A stretch of 52,806 nt of DNA. Origin: Bacteroidota bacterium (GTDB lineage: Bacteria > Bacteroidota > Bacteroidia > CAILMK01 > JAAYUY01). Both the position numbers and the translations under genes were made by a program. The stretch is from the NCBI GenBank assembly GCA_034723125.1, contig JAYEOP010000021.1, positions 1-52,806 on the forward strand, written 5' to 3'. This document shows, piece by piece, positions 52,555 to 52,806 of this stretch. Numbering within the stretch: position 1 is the first letter of the stretch; each line of letters opens with the position of its first letter. The notes beneath the pieces are model-generated. The model worked only from the letters and a program-made list of their open reading frames with translations, had not been told where the DNA came from and did not search any database.

Positions 52555-52806
52555 ATGAAAAATGATAAGTATTTAAAGGTTGTATTGACAGTTATTGCAA
52601 CATCCTTAGTTATTCTTGTTTTACAGAATTTTGATTTTATTACAAAAGCTCAAGCTGATGTAAATAGTCAACAACATTATGTGCAATTACCTGTAAATTC
52701 TGACGGGACCATTAATGTAAATGTAAAATCAATAAATGAAATAATGGATGTAAATATTTCTGAAGTTGGTGGAAATTACATAAAAAAAGCTCTTCCAATA
52801 AAACCA
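52555..52806 (+). CDS. Hypothetical N-terminally anchored protein; the 3' end runs off the right window edge
   Basis: It is absent from the ORF track because there is no stop in the window. The ATG at 52555 opens 84 codons to the window end, which I checked by hand (MKNDKYLKVVLTVIATSLVILVLQNFDFITKAQA...). The hydrophobic N-terminal segment looks like a signal anchor. Confidence 0.4.
   Translation, partial: MKNDKYLKVVLTVIATSLVILVLQNFDFITKAQADVNSQQHYVQLPVNSDGTINVNVKSINEIMDVNISEVGGNYIKKALPIKP

Overview
This is a strongly AT-rich chromosomal segment that looks like a Bacteroidota genome. The evidence is two proteins with T9SS-type C-terminal sorting domains, repeated TAnnTTTG (-7) promoter boxes, and the overall gene content. 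Most of the window is core housekeeping. It holds lpdA-pth-rplY-prs, an RNA methyltransferase pair, dnaA, a split periplasmic 5'-nucleotidase, adk-obg, gpmI, prmC and saccharopine dehydrogenase. It also holds a complete minus-strand rRNA operon (16S, tRNA-Ile, tRNA-Ala, 23S, 5S, terminator) and an ahcY-pdxJ-gcvPB-gap block. Two edge-truncated genes are missing from the ORF track: a type I R-M hsdM at the left edge and a small membrane-anchored ORF at the right edge. The most system-like region is a tightly packed plus-strand cluster at 17278-24567. It combines a processive GT2 synthase, a TPR plus beta-barrel exporter, a SPOR-like/HEAT transmembrane protein, a stand-alone receiver, an Hpt protein and an orphan membrane-anchored protein. 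I read it as a synthase-dependent exopolysaccharide machine controlled by a phosphorelay rather than a c-di-GMP module. Other points worth a second look:
- a 218-bp heptanucleotide microsatellite that fills a convergent intergenic gap
- a fused two-domain adenylate kinase whose second domain has lost catalytic residues
- a 222-bp MITE-like long inverted repeat
- a 108-109-bp tandem repeat translationally coupled to an AlbA_2/Schlafen-like gene
- a four-fold tandem promoter array upstream of the rRNA operon
All functional calls rest on motifs read by eye. No database search was possible.
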